Assembly (NCBI RefSeq): GCF_009914755.1
Contig: NC_060933.1
Reading direction: 5' to 3' (one strand)
DNA from: the human T2T-CHM13v2.0 reference genome, Homo sapiens
Length of the DNA stretch: 64,000 bases
Part shown: one piece after another, positions 13,601 through 26,625 of the stretch
Position numbering within the stretch: position 1 is the stretch's first letter
Layout: each line of letters starts with the position of its first letter
Notes under the pieces: model-generated
Database searches by the model: none
What the model saw: only the letters and a program-made list of their open reading frames with translations
Told to the model about the DNA's origin: nothing
Made by a program: the position numbers and the translations under genes

Positions 13601-16600
13601 CATTACATTCGGATTGATTCTATTCAACTCCCTTACTCTCCATTACATTCCATTCCATTCGGGTTGTTCCATTCCATTCCATTCCATTCCACTCCATTCC
13701 ATTGCACTCGGGTTGATTCCATTCCATTCCATTCCATTCCATTCCATTCCATTCCATTCCATTCCGGATGATTCCATTCCATTGCATTCCGTTCCATTCC
13801 ATTCCCCTGCACTCGCGTTGATTCCATTCCATTCCATTCCATTCAATTCCATTCCATTACAATTCGTTCCATTCCATTCTATTCCGTAGCAATCCATTCC
13901 ATTCCATACCATTCCATTCCATTCCATTCCATTGCATTCCATTCCATTCCGTTCCATTCCGTTCCATTCCATTCCATTCCATTCTATTCGGGTTAATTCC
14001 ATTCCATTCCATTCCATTCCATTCGATTCCATTCTATTCCATTCCATTGCAATCGAGTTGAATCCATTGCATTTCATTCCATTCCATTCCATTCCATTCC
14101 ATTCCATTCCATTCCTTTCCATTACATTACGGATGATTCCATTCCACTTCATTCCATTCCATTCCTTTCCATTACATTACGGATGATTCCATTCCATTTC
14201 ATTCCATTCCATTCCATTCCCCAGTACTCGGGTTGATGCCATTCCATTCCATTCCAATCCATGGCATTCCACTCGTGTTGATTCCATTCTTTCCATTCCA
14301 TTCAAGATGAATCCATTCCATTGCATTCCATTCCATTCGATTCCATTCGTTTGCACTCGTGTTGATTCCATGGCATTGCATTCCATTCCGTTCCATTCCA
14401 TTCCTTTCCATTCCATTCCATTCCTTTCCATTCCATTCCATTCCATTCGGATTCATTCTATTCAATTCCCTTACACTCCATTACGTTACATTCCATTCGT
14501 GTTGTTCCATTCCATTCCATTCCATTTCACTCCATTCCATTGCACTCGGGTTGATTCCATTCCATTCCATTCCATTCCATTCCGGATGATTCCATTCCAT
14601 TGCATTCCGTTCTATTCCATTCCCCTGCACTCGCGCTGATTCCATTCCATTCCATTCCATTCCATTCAATTCCATTCCATTACAATTCGTTCCATTCCAT
14701 TCTATTCCGTACCATTCCATTCAATTCCATACCATTCCATTCCATTCCATTCCATTCCATTCCATTCAGTTCCATTCCGTTCCATTCCATTCCATTCCAT
14801 TCTATTTGGGTTAATTCCATTCCATTCCATTCCATTCCATTCCATTCCATTCCATTCTATTCCATTCCATTGCAATCGAGTTGAATCCATTGCATTTCAT
14901 TCCATTCCATTCCATTCCATTCCATTCCATTCCGGAAAATTCCATTCCATTGCATTCCTTTCATTCCATTCCCCTGCACTCGCGTTGATTCCATTCCATT
15001 CCATTCCATTCCATTCCATTCCATTCCGTTCCGTTCCGTACCATTCCATTCCATTCCATTCCATTCCATTTCGTTCCGTTCCATTCCATTCCATTCCATT
15101 CTATTCGGGTTAATTCCATTCCATTCCATTCGATTGCAATCCAGTTGATTCCATTCCATTCCATTCCATTCCATTCCATTCCATTCCATTCCAATACGGA
15201 TGATTCCATTCCATTGCATTCCATTCCATTCCATTCCCCTGTACTCGGGTTGACTCCATTCCCTTCCATTCCAATCCATGCCATTCCACTCGTGTTGATT
15301 CCATTCTTTCCATTCCATTCAAGTTGAATCCATTCCATTGCATTCCATTCCATTCCATTCCCCTGCAATCGGGTTGATTCCATTCCATTCCATTCCATTC
15401 CATTCCATTCCATTCCATTCCGTTCCGTTCCGTTCCGTTCTGTTCCATTCCATTCCATTCCATTCTATTCGGTTTAATTCCATTCCATTCCATTCCATTC
15501 CATTCCATTCCATTCCATTCCAATCGAGTTGATTCCATTCCATTCCATTCCACTCCATTCCAGTCCTTTCCATTCCATTCCACTCGGGTTGATTCCATTC
15601 TATTCCTTTCCATTCCATTCCATTCCATTGCAATCGAGTTGATTCCATTGCTTTGCATTCCATTCCATTCCATTCCATTCCGGATGATTCCATTCCATTG
15701 CATTCCTTTCCATTCCATTCCCCTGCACTCGGGTTGATTCCATTCCATTCCACTCCATTCCGTTCCATTCCATTCCATTGCATTGTATTCGGGTTAATTC
15801 CATTCCATTCCATTCCATTCCATTCCATTCCATTCCATTACAATCGAGTTGATCCCATTCCATTCCATTCCATTCCAGTCCTTTCCATTCCATTCCACTC
15901 AGGTTGATTCCATTCTATTAGTTTCCATTCCATTCCATTCCCTTCCATTCCACTCTGGTTGATTCCATTCCTTTCCATTCCACTCGTATACATTCCCTCC
16001 TATTCCACTCGGAACGATTCCTTTCCATTCCATTCCATTCCATTCCATTCCATTCCATTCCATTTCTTTCCATTCCATTCTTTTCCGTACCATTCCATTC
16101 CATTCCATTCCATTCCTTTCCATTCCACTCGTGTTGATTCCATTCCTTTCCATTCCATTCGGTTTGAAGGCATTCCATTCCATTCCATTCCATTCCATTC
16201 CATTCCATTCCATTCCATTCCATTGTACTCGGGTTGATTCCATTCCATTGCATTCCATTCCATTCCATTCCATTCCATTCCGTTGCATTCCATTCCATTA
16301 CATTCTGATTGACTCTATTCAACACCCTTACTCTCCATTACATTCCATTTCATTCGGGTTGTTCCATTCCATTCCATTCCATTCCACTCCATTCCATTGC
16401 ACTCGGGTTGATTCCATTCCATTCCATTCCATTCCATTCCATTCCATTCCTTTCCATTACATTACGGATGATTCCATTCCATTGCATTCCATTCCATTCC
16501 ATTCACCTGTACTCGGGTTGATTCCATTCCATTCCATTCCATTCCATGCCATTCCACTCGTGTTGATTCCATTCTTTCCATTCCATTCAATTTGAATAAA

Positions 16601-17430
16601 TTCTATTGCATTCCATTCCATTCGATTCCATTCGATGGCACTCGGGTTGATTCCATTCCATTGCATTCCATTCCATTCCATTCCATTCCATTCCGTTCCA
16701 TTCCATTCCATTACATTCGGATTGATTCTATTCAATTCCCTTACACTCCATTACATTCCATTCCATTCGGGTAGTTTCCATTCCGTTCCATTCCATTCCT
16801 CTCCATTCCATTGCACTCGGGTTGATTCCATTCCATTCCATTCCATTCCATTCCATTACATTCCACTCCGGATGATTCCATTCCATTGAATTCCATTCCA
16901 TTCCATTCCCCTGCACTTGGGTTGATTCCATTCCATTCCATTCCATTCCTTTCCGTTCCATTCCATTCCATTCCATTCCATTCCATTCCATTCCATTCCA
17001 TTCTATTTGTGTTAATTCCATTCCATTCTGTTCCATTTCATTCCATTGAAATCGAGTTGATTCCATTCCATTCCATTCCATTCCTTTCCATTCCATTCCG
17101 GATGATTCCATTCCATTGCATTCCATTCCATTCCATTCCCCTGCACTTGGGTTGAATCCATTCCATTCCATTCCATTACATTCCGTTCCATTCCATTCCA
17201 TTCCATTCTATTCGGGTTAATTCCATTCCATTCCATTCCACTCCATTCCCGTCCTTTCCATTCCATTCCACTCGGGTTGATTCCATTCTATTCCTTTCCA
17301 TTCCATTCCATTCCATTGCAATCGAGTTGATTCCATTCGAGTTGTATCCATTCCATTCCATTCCATTCCATTACATTGCACACGGTTTCATTCCATTCCA
17401 TTCCATTCCATTCCATTCCATTCCATTCCA
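10664..17430 (+). repeat. Segmental duplication A, copy 2
   Basis: Matches 1-6797, with a 45-bp deletion near 13375 relative to copy 1. Similarity ends after CACACGGTTTC plus pentamers at ~17430. Confidence 0.95.
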
Positions 17431-19330
17431 TTTCATTCCATTCCATTCTATTCCGTAACATTCCATTCCATCCCATTCCATTCCATTCCATTCCATTCCA
17501 TTCCATGCCATTACACTCGGGTTGATTCCATTCCTTTCCATTCCATTCTTGTTGAATCCATTCCATTCCATTCCATTCCATTCGAATCCGTTCCATTGCA
17601 CTCGGGTTGATTCCATTCCATTGCATTCCATTCCATTTCATTCCGTTCCATTCCATTACATTCGGATTGATTCTATTCAATTCCCTTACACTCCATTACA
17701 TTCAATTCCATTCGGGATGTTTCCATTCCATTCCATTCCATTCCACTCCATTCCATTGCATTGGGTTGATTCCATTCCATTCCATTCCATTCCATTCCGG
17801 ATGATTCCATTCCATTGCATTCCATTCCATTCCATTCCCCTGCACTCGGGTTGATTACATTCCACTCCATTCCCTTCCATTCCTTTCCATTCCATTCCAT
17901 TGCATTGCAATCGAGTTGATTCCATTCCATTCCATTCCATTCCATTCCATTCCATTCCATTCCGGATTATTCCATTCCATTGCATTCCATTCCATTCCAT
18001 TCCCCTGCACTCGGGTTGATTTCATTCCATTTCATTCCATTACATTCCATTCCATTCCATTCCATTCCATTCTATTCGGGTTAATTCCATTCCATTTCAT
18101 TCCATTCCATTCCATTCCATTCCATTCCATTCCATTGCAATCGAGTTGATTCCATTCCATTCCATTCCATTCCATTCCATTCCATTCCAATCGATTTGAT
18201 TCCATTCCATTCCATTCCATTCCAGTCCATTCCAGTCCTTTCCATTCCATTCCACTCGGGTTGATTCCATTCTATTACTTTCCATTCCATTCCATTCCAT
18301 TCGAATCCATTCCATTGCACTCGGTTTGATTCCATTCCATTCCATTCCATTCCATTTCATTCCATTACATTCCATTACTTTCGGACTGATTCTATTCAAT
18401 TCCCTTACACTCCATTACATTCCATTCCATTCGGGATTTTTCCATTCCATTCCATTGCATCGGGTTCATTCCATTAAATTCCATTCCATTCCATTCCGGA
18501 AGATTCCATTCCATTGCATTCAATTCCATTCCATTCCCCTGCACTTGGGTTGATTACATTCCATTCCATTCCCTTCCATTCCTTTCCTTTCCATTCCATT
18601 CCATTCTATTCGCGTTAATTCCATTCCATTCCATTCCATTCCAATCCATTGCATCGGTTTCATTCCATTCCATTCCATTCCATTCCGGATGATTCCATTC
18701 CATTGCATTCAATTCCATTCCATTACCCTGCACTTGGGTTGATTACATTCCATTCCATTCCCTTCCATTCCATTCCATTGTATTCGGGTTAATTCCATTC
18801 CTTTCCATTCCATTCCATTCCATTCCATTCCATTCCATTCCATTCCATTGCAATCGAGTTGATTCCATTCCATTCCTTTCCATTCCATTCCATTGCCTTG
18901 CATTCCAATCGGGTGGATTCCATTCCTTTCTTTCCACTCCATTACATTCCCTTCCATTCCACTCGGAATGATTGATTCCATTCCATTCCATTCCATTTCA
19001 TTCCATTGCAATCCATTCCAATCCATTCCATTCCATTCCACTCGAGTTGATTTCATTCCATTCCTTTCCATTCCATTCCATTCCTTTCCACTCGAGTTGA
19101 TTCCATTCCATTCCATTCCATTGCATTCCATTCCATGCCATTCCACTCGGGTTGATTCCATTCCTTTGCATTCCATTCCATTCCATTCCATTCCATTCCA
19201 TTCCGTTGCATTCCATTCCATTACATTCGGATTGATTCTATTCAACTCCTTCACTCTCCATTACATTCCATTCCATTTGGGTTGTTCCTTTCCATTCCAT
19301 TCCATTGCACTCCATTCCATTGCACTCAGG
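17431..19330 (+). repeat. More diverged HSat3 island with many private variants
   Basis: Words not seen elsewhere in the window: CCGTAAC, CATTCTTGTTG, CGAATCCG, CGGGATGT, CGGACTGA, CATCGGGTTC, CATTAAATT, GGGTGGATT, GGAATGATTGATT. Five private register shifts. Confidence 0.75.
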
Positions 19331-22004
19331 ATGACTCCATTCCATTCCATTCCATTCCATTCCATTCCGGATGATTCCATTCCATTGCATTCCGTTCCGT
19401 TACATTCCCCTGCACTCGCGTTGATTCCATTCCATTCCATTCCATTCCATTCAATTCCATTCCATTACAATTCGTTCCATTCCATTCTATTCCGTACCAT
19501 TCCATTCCATTCCATACCATTCCATTCCATTCCATTCCATTCCATTCCATTCCATTCCGTTCCATTCCGTTCCATTCCATTTCATTCCATTCTATTTGGG
19601 TTAATTCCATTCCATTCCATTCCATTCCATTCCATTCTATTCCATTCCATTGCAATCGAGTTGAATCCATTGCATTTCATTGCATTCCATTCCATTCCAT
19701 TCCATTCCATTCCATTCCGGAAGATTCCATTCCATTGCATTCCATTCCATTCCATTCCCCTGCACTCGCATTGATTCCATTCCATTCCATTCCATTCCAT
19801 TCCATTCCGTTCCGTTCCGTTCCGTTCTATTCCGTTCCATTCCATTCCATTCCATTCCATTCCATTCCGTTCCGTTCCATTCCATTCCATTCCATTCTAT
19901 TCGGGTTAATTCCATTCCATTCCATTCGATTGCAATCGTGTTGATTCCATTCCATTCCATTCCATTCCATTCCATTCCATTCCATTCCATTCCTTTCCAT
20001 TCCATTACGGATGATTCCATTCCATTGCATTCCATTCCATTCCATTCCCCTGTACTCGGGTTGATTCCATTCCATTGCATTCCAATCCATGCCCTTCCAC
20101 TCGTGTTGATTCCATTCTTTCCATTCCATTCAAGTTGAATCCATTCCATTGCATTCCATTCCATTCGATTCCATTCGGTTGCACTCGGGTTGATTCCATT
20201 CCATTGCATTCCATTCCATTCCATTCCATTCCATTCCATTCCGTTCCATTCCATTCCATTACATTCGGATTGATTCTATTCAATTCCCTTACACTCCATT
20301 ACATTACATTCCATTCGGGTAGTTTCCATTCCATTCCATTCCATTCCTCTCCATACCATTGCACTCGGGTTGATTCCATTCCATTGCATTCCATTCCACT
20401 CCATTCAAATCCATTCCGTTCCATTCCATTCCATTACATTCGGATTGCTTCTATTCATCTCCCTTAGTCTCTATTACATTCCATTCCATTCAGGTTGTTC
20501 CATTCCATTCCATTCCATTCCACTCCATTCCATTGCACTCGGGTTGATTCCATTCCATTCCATTCCATTCCATTCCATTCCATTCCGGAAGATTCCATTC
20601 CATTGCATTCCATTCCATTCCATTCCCCTGCACTCGCGTTGATTCCATTCCATTCCATTCCATTCCATTCCATTCCTTTCTATTCCATTCCATTCCATTC
20701 CATTCCATTCCGTTCCGTTACGTTCCATTCCATTCCATTCCATTCTATTCTGGTTAATTCCATTCCATTCCATTCGATTGCAATCGAGTTGATTCCATTC
20801 CATTCCATTCCATTCCATTCCATTCCATTCCATTCCTTTCCATTCCATTACGGATGATTCCATTCCATTGCATTCTATTCCATTCCATTCCCCTGTACTC
20901 GGGTTGATTCCATTCCATTCCATTCCAATCCATGCCATTCCACTCGTGTTGATTCCATTCTTTCCATTCCATTCAAGTTGAATCCATTCCATTGCATTCC
21001 ATTCTATTCCATTCCCCTGCAGCCGGGTTAATTCCATTCCATTCCATTCCATTCCATTCCATTCCATTCCATTCCATTCCGTTCTGTTCCATTCCATTCC
21101 ATTCCTTTCTATTCGGGTTAATTCCATTCCATTCCATTCCATTCCATTCCATTCCATTCCATTCCAATCGAGTTGATTCCATTCCATTCCATTCCATTCC
21201 ATTCCATTCCATTCCACTCCATTCCAGTCCTTTCCATTCCATTCCACTCGGGTTGATTCCAATGTATTCCTTTCCATTCCATTCCATTCCATTGCAATCG
21301 AGTTGATTCCATTGCTTTGCATTCGATTCCATTCCATTCCATTCCGGATGATTCCATTCCATTGCATTCCATTCCATTCCATTCCCCTGCACTCGGGTTG
21401 ATTCCATTCCATTCCACTCCATTCCGTTCCATTCCATTCCATTCCATTTTATTCGGGTTAATTCCATTCCATTCCATTCCATTACAATCGAGTTGATTCC
21501 ATTCCATTCCATTCCATTCCAGTCCTTTCCATTCCATTCCACTCGGGTTGATTGCATTCTATTAGTTTCCATTCCATTCCATTCCCTTCCATTCCACTCT
21601 GCTTGATCCCATTACTTTGCATTCCACTCGAATACATTCCCTCCTATTCCACTCGGAACGATTCCATTCCATTCCATTCCATTCCATTCCATTCCATTCC
21701 ATTCCATTTCGTTCCATTCCATTCTGTTCCGTATCATTCCATTCCATTCCATTCCATTCCATTCCATTGTACTCGGGTTGGTTCCATTCCATTGCATTCC
21801 GTTCCATTCCATTGCATTCCATTCCAGTCCGTTGCATTGCATTCCATTACATTTGGATTGATTCTATTCAACTCCCTTACTCTCCATTACATTCCATTCC
21901 ATTCGGGTTGTTCCATTCCATTCCATTCCATTCCACTCCATTCCATTGCACTCGGGTTGATTCCATTCCATTCCATTCCATTCCATTCCATTCCATTCCA
22001 TTCC

Positions 22005-25000
22005 ATTCCGGATGATTCCATTCCATTACATTCCGTTCCATTACATTCCCCTGTACTCGCGTTGATTCCATTCCATTCCATTCCATTCCATTCAATTCCA
22101 TTCCATTACAATTCGTTCCATTCCATTCTATTCCGTACCATTCCATTCCATTGCATACCATTCCATTCCATTCCATTCCATTCCGTTCCATTCCGTTCCA
22201 TTCCATTCCATTCCATTCTATTCGGATTAATTCCATTCCATTACATTCCATTCCATTCTATTCCATTCCATTGCAATCGAGTTGAATCCATTGCATTTCA
22301 TTCCATTCCATTCCATTCCATTCCATTCCGGAAGATTCCATTCCATTGCATTCCATTCCATTCCATTCCCCTGCACTCGCGTTGATTCCATTCCATTCCA
22401 TTCCATTCCATTCCGTTCCGTTCCATTCCATTCCATTCCATTCCATTCCGTTCCGTTCCATTCCATTCCATTCCATTCTATTCGGGTTAATTGCATTCCA
22501 TTCCATTCGATTGCAATCGAGTTGATTCCATTCCATTCCATTCCATTCCATTCCATTCCATTCCATTCTTTTCCATTCCATTACGGATGATTCCATTCCA
22601 TTGCATTCCATTCCATTCCATTCCCCTGTACTCGGGTTGATTCCATTCCATTCCATTCCAATCCATGCCATTCCACTCGTGTTGATTCCATTCTTTCCAT
22701 TCCATTCAAGTCGATTCCATTCCATTGCATTCCATTCCATTCGATTCCATTCGATTGCACTCGGGTTGATTCCATTCCATTACATTCCATTCCATTCCAT
22801 TCGATTCCATTCCATTCCATTCCGTTCCATTCCATTCCATTACATTCGGATTGATTCTATTCAATTCCCTTACACTCCATTACATTACATTCCATTCGGG
22901 TAGTTTCCATTCCATTCCATTCCATTACTCTCCATTCCATTGCACTCGGGTTGATTCCATTCCATTGCATTCCATTCCATTCCATTCAAATCCATTCCGT
23001 TCCATTCCATTCCATTACATTCGGATTGATTCTATTCAACTCCCTTACTCTCCATTACATTCCATTCCATTCGGGTTGTTCCATTCCATTCCATTCCATT
23101 CCACTCCATTCCATTGGACTCGGGTTGATTCCATTCCATTCCATTCCATTCCATTCCATTCCGGAAGATTCCATTCCATTGCATTCCATTCCATTCTATT
23201 CCATTCCATTCCGTTCCGTTCCGTTCCGTTCCATTCCATTCCATTCCATTCCATTCTATTCGGGTTAATTCCATTCCATTCCATTCGATTGCAATAGAGT
23301 TGATTCCATTCCATTCCATTCCATTCCATTCCATTCCATTCCATTCCTTTCCATTCCTTTACGGATGATTCCATTCCATTGCATTCCATTCCATTCCATT
23401 CCCCTGTACTCGGGTTGATTCCATTCCATTCCATTCCAATCCATGCCCTTCCACTCGTGTTGATTCCATTATTTCTATTCCATTCTAGTTGAATCCATTC
23501 CATTGCATTCCATTCCATTCTATTCCATTCGATTGCACCCGGGTTGATTCCATTCCATTGCATTCCATTGCATTCCATTCCATTCCATTCCATTCCACTC
23601 CATTCCATTGCACTCGGGTTTGTTCCATTCCATTCCATTCCATTCCATTCCATTCCATTCCATTTCATTCCATTCCGGAAGATTCCATTCCATTGCATTC
23701 CATTCCATTCCATTCCCCTGCACTCGCGTTGATTCCATTCCATTCCATTCCATTCCATTCCATTCCATTCCATTCCTTTCCGTTCCATTCCATTCCATTC
23801 CATTCCATTCCATTCCGTTCCGTTCCGTTCCGTTCCATTCCATTCCATTCCATTCTATTCGGGTTAATTCCATTCCATTCCATTCGATTGCAATCGAGTT
23901 GATTCCATTCCATTCCATTCCATTCCATTCCATTCCATTCCATTCCATTCCTTTCCATTCCATTACGGATGATTCCATTCCATTGCATTACATTCCATTC
24001 CATTCCCCTGTACTCGGGTTGATTCCATTCCATTCCATTCCATTCCATTCCATTCCGGATGATTCCATTCCATTGCATTCCGTTCCATTACATTCCCCTG
24101 CACTCGCGTTGATTCCATTACATTCCATTCCATTCCATTCAATTCCATTCCATTACAATTCGTTCCATTCCATTCTTTTCCGTACCATTCCATTCCATTA
24201 CATACCATTCCATTCCATTCCATTCCATTCCGTTCCATTCCGTTCCATTCCATTCCATTCCATTCTATTCGGATTAATTCCATTCCATTCCATTCCTTTC
24301 CATTCTATTCCATTCCATTGCAATCGAGTTGAATCCATTGCATTTCATTCCATTCCATTCCATTCCATTCCATTCCGGAAGATTCCATTCCATTGCATTC
24401 CATTCCATTCCATTCGCCTGCGTTCGCATTGATTCCATTCCATTCCATTCAATTCCATTCTGTTCCATTCCATTCCATTATATTCGGATTGATTCTACTC
24501 AACTCCCTTACTCTCCATTATATTCCATTCCATTCGGGTTGTTCCATTCCATTCCATTCCATTCCACTCCATTCCATTGCACTCGGGTTTGTTCCATTCC
24601 ATTCCATTCCATTCCATTCCATTCCATTCCGGAAGATTCCATTCCATTGCATTCCATTCCATTCCATTCCCCTGCACTCGCGTTGATTCCATTCCATTCC
24701 ATTCCATTCCATTCCTTTCCGTTCCATTCCATTCCATTCCATTCCATTCCGTTCCGTTCCGTTCCGTTCCGTTCCATTCCATTCCATTGCATTCTATTCG
24801 GGTTAATTCCATTCCATTCCATTCGATTGCAATCGAGTTGATTCCATTCCATTCCATTCCATTCCATTCCATTCCATTCCTTTCCATTCCATTACGGATG
24901 ATTCCATTCCATTGCATTACATTCCATTCCATTCCCCTGAACTCGGGTTGATTCCATTCCATTCCATTAGATTCCATTCCATTCCGGATGATTCCATTCC

Positions 25001-26625
25001 ATTGCATTCCCTTCCATTACATTCCCCTGCACTCGCGTTGATTCCATTCCATTCCATTCAATTCCATTCAATTCCATTCCATTACAATTCGTTCCATTCC
25101 ATTCTATTCCGTACCATTCCATTCCATTGCATACCATTCCATTCCATTCCATTCCATTCCGTTCCATTCCGTTCCATTCCATTCCATTCCATTCTATTCG
25201 GATTAATTCCATTCCATTCCATTCCATTCCATTCTATTCCATTCCATTGCAATCGAGTTGAATCCATTGCATTTCATTCCATTCCATTCCATTCCATTCC
25301 ATTCCGGAAGATTCCATTCCATTGCATTCCATTCCATTCCATTCCCCTGCTTTCGCGTTGATTCCATTCCATTCCATTCCATTCCATTCCGTTCCGTTCC
25401 ATTCCATTCCATTCCATTCCATTCCGTTCCGTTCCATTCCATTCCATTCCATTCTATTCGGGTTAATTCCATTCCATTCCATTCGATTGCAATCGAGTTG
25501 ATTCCATTCCATTCCATTCCATTCCATTCCATTCCATTCCATTCCTTTCCATTCCATTACGGATGATTCCATTCCATTGCATTCCATTCCATTCCATTCC
25601 CCTGTACTCGGGTTGATTCCATTCCATTCCATTCCAATCCATGCCATTCCACTCGTGTTGATTCCATTCTTTCCATTCCATTCAAGTTGATTCCATTCCA
25701 TTGCATTCCATTCCATTCGATTCCATTCGATTGCACTCGGGTTGATTCCATTCCATTGCATTCCATTCCATTCCATTCGATTCCATTCCATTCCATTCCG
25801 TTCCATTCCATTCCATTCCGTTCGGATTGATTCTATTCAATTCCCTTACACTCCATTACATTACATTCCATTCGGGTAGTTTCCATTCCATTCCATTCCA
25901 TTCCTCTCCATTCCATTGCACTCGGGTTGATTCCATTCCATTGCATTCCATTCCATTCCATTCAATTCTATTCCGTTCCATTCCATTCCATTGCATTCGG
26001 ATTGATTCTATTCAACTCCCTTACTCTCCATTACATTCCATTCCATTCGGGTTGTTCCATTCCATTCCATTCCATTCCACTCCATTCCATTTGACTCGGG
26101 TTTATTCCATTCCATTCCATTCCATTCCATTCCATTCCATTCCGGAAGATGCCATTCCATTGCATTCCATTCCATTCCATTCCCCTGCACTCGCGTTGAT
26201 TCTATTCTATTCCATTCTATTCCATTCCATTCCCTTCCTTTCCGTTCCATTACATTCCATTCCATTCCATTCCATTCCATTCCATTCCGTTCCGTTCCGT
26301 TCCATTCCATTCCATTCCATTCTATTCGGGTTAATTCCATTCCATTCCATTCGATTGCAATCGAGTGGATTCCATTCCATTCCATTCCATTCCATTCCAT
26401 TCCTTTCCATTCCATTACGGATGATTCCATTCCATTGCATTCCATTCCATTCCATTCCCCTGTACTCGGGTTGATTCCATTCCATTCCATTCCAATCCAT
26501 GCCCTTCCACTCGTGTTGATTCCATTATTTCCATTCCATTCTAGTTGAATCCATTCCATTGCATTCCATTCCATTCGATTCCATTCGATTGCACTCGGGT
26601 TGATTCCATTCCATTGCATTCCATT
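22005..26625 (+). repeat. Direct repeat, offset 2976 bp (~22005-23570 vs ~24981-26625)
   Basis: Constant ORF offset of 2976 (22282/25258, 22487/25463, 22851/25827, 23032/26008). Shared variants CCATTATTTC and ATTCTAGTTG. Confidence 0.85.
23590..25370 (+). repeat. ~0.93-0.97 kb tandem-like duplication
   Basis: Offsets 969 (23608/24577) and 929 (24329/25258). Both units start at ACTCGGGTTTGTTCC and contain GCATTACATT and CGGATTAATT. Confidence 0.7.

Noticed and set aside
18961-18980. TGATTGAT as a PBX-like or DUX4-like site
   Set aside because: Single short occurrence, explained by a 4-nt local duplication. It does not match the DUX4 TAAYYYAATCA consensus.
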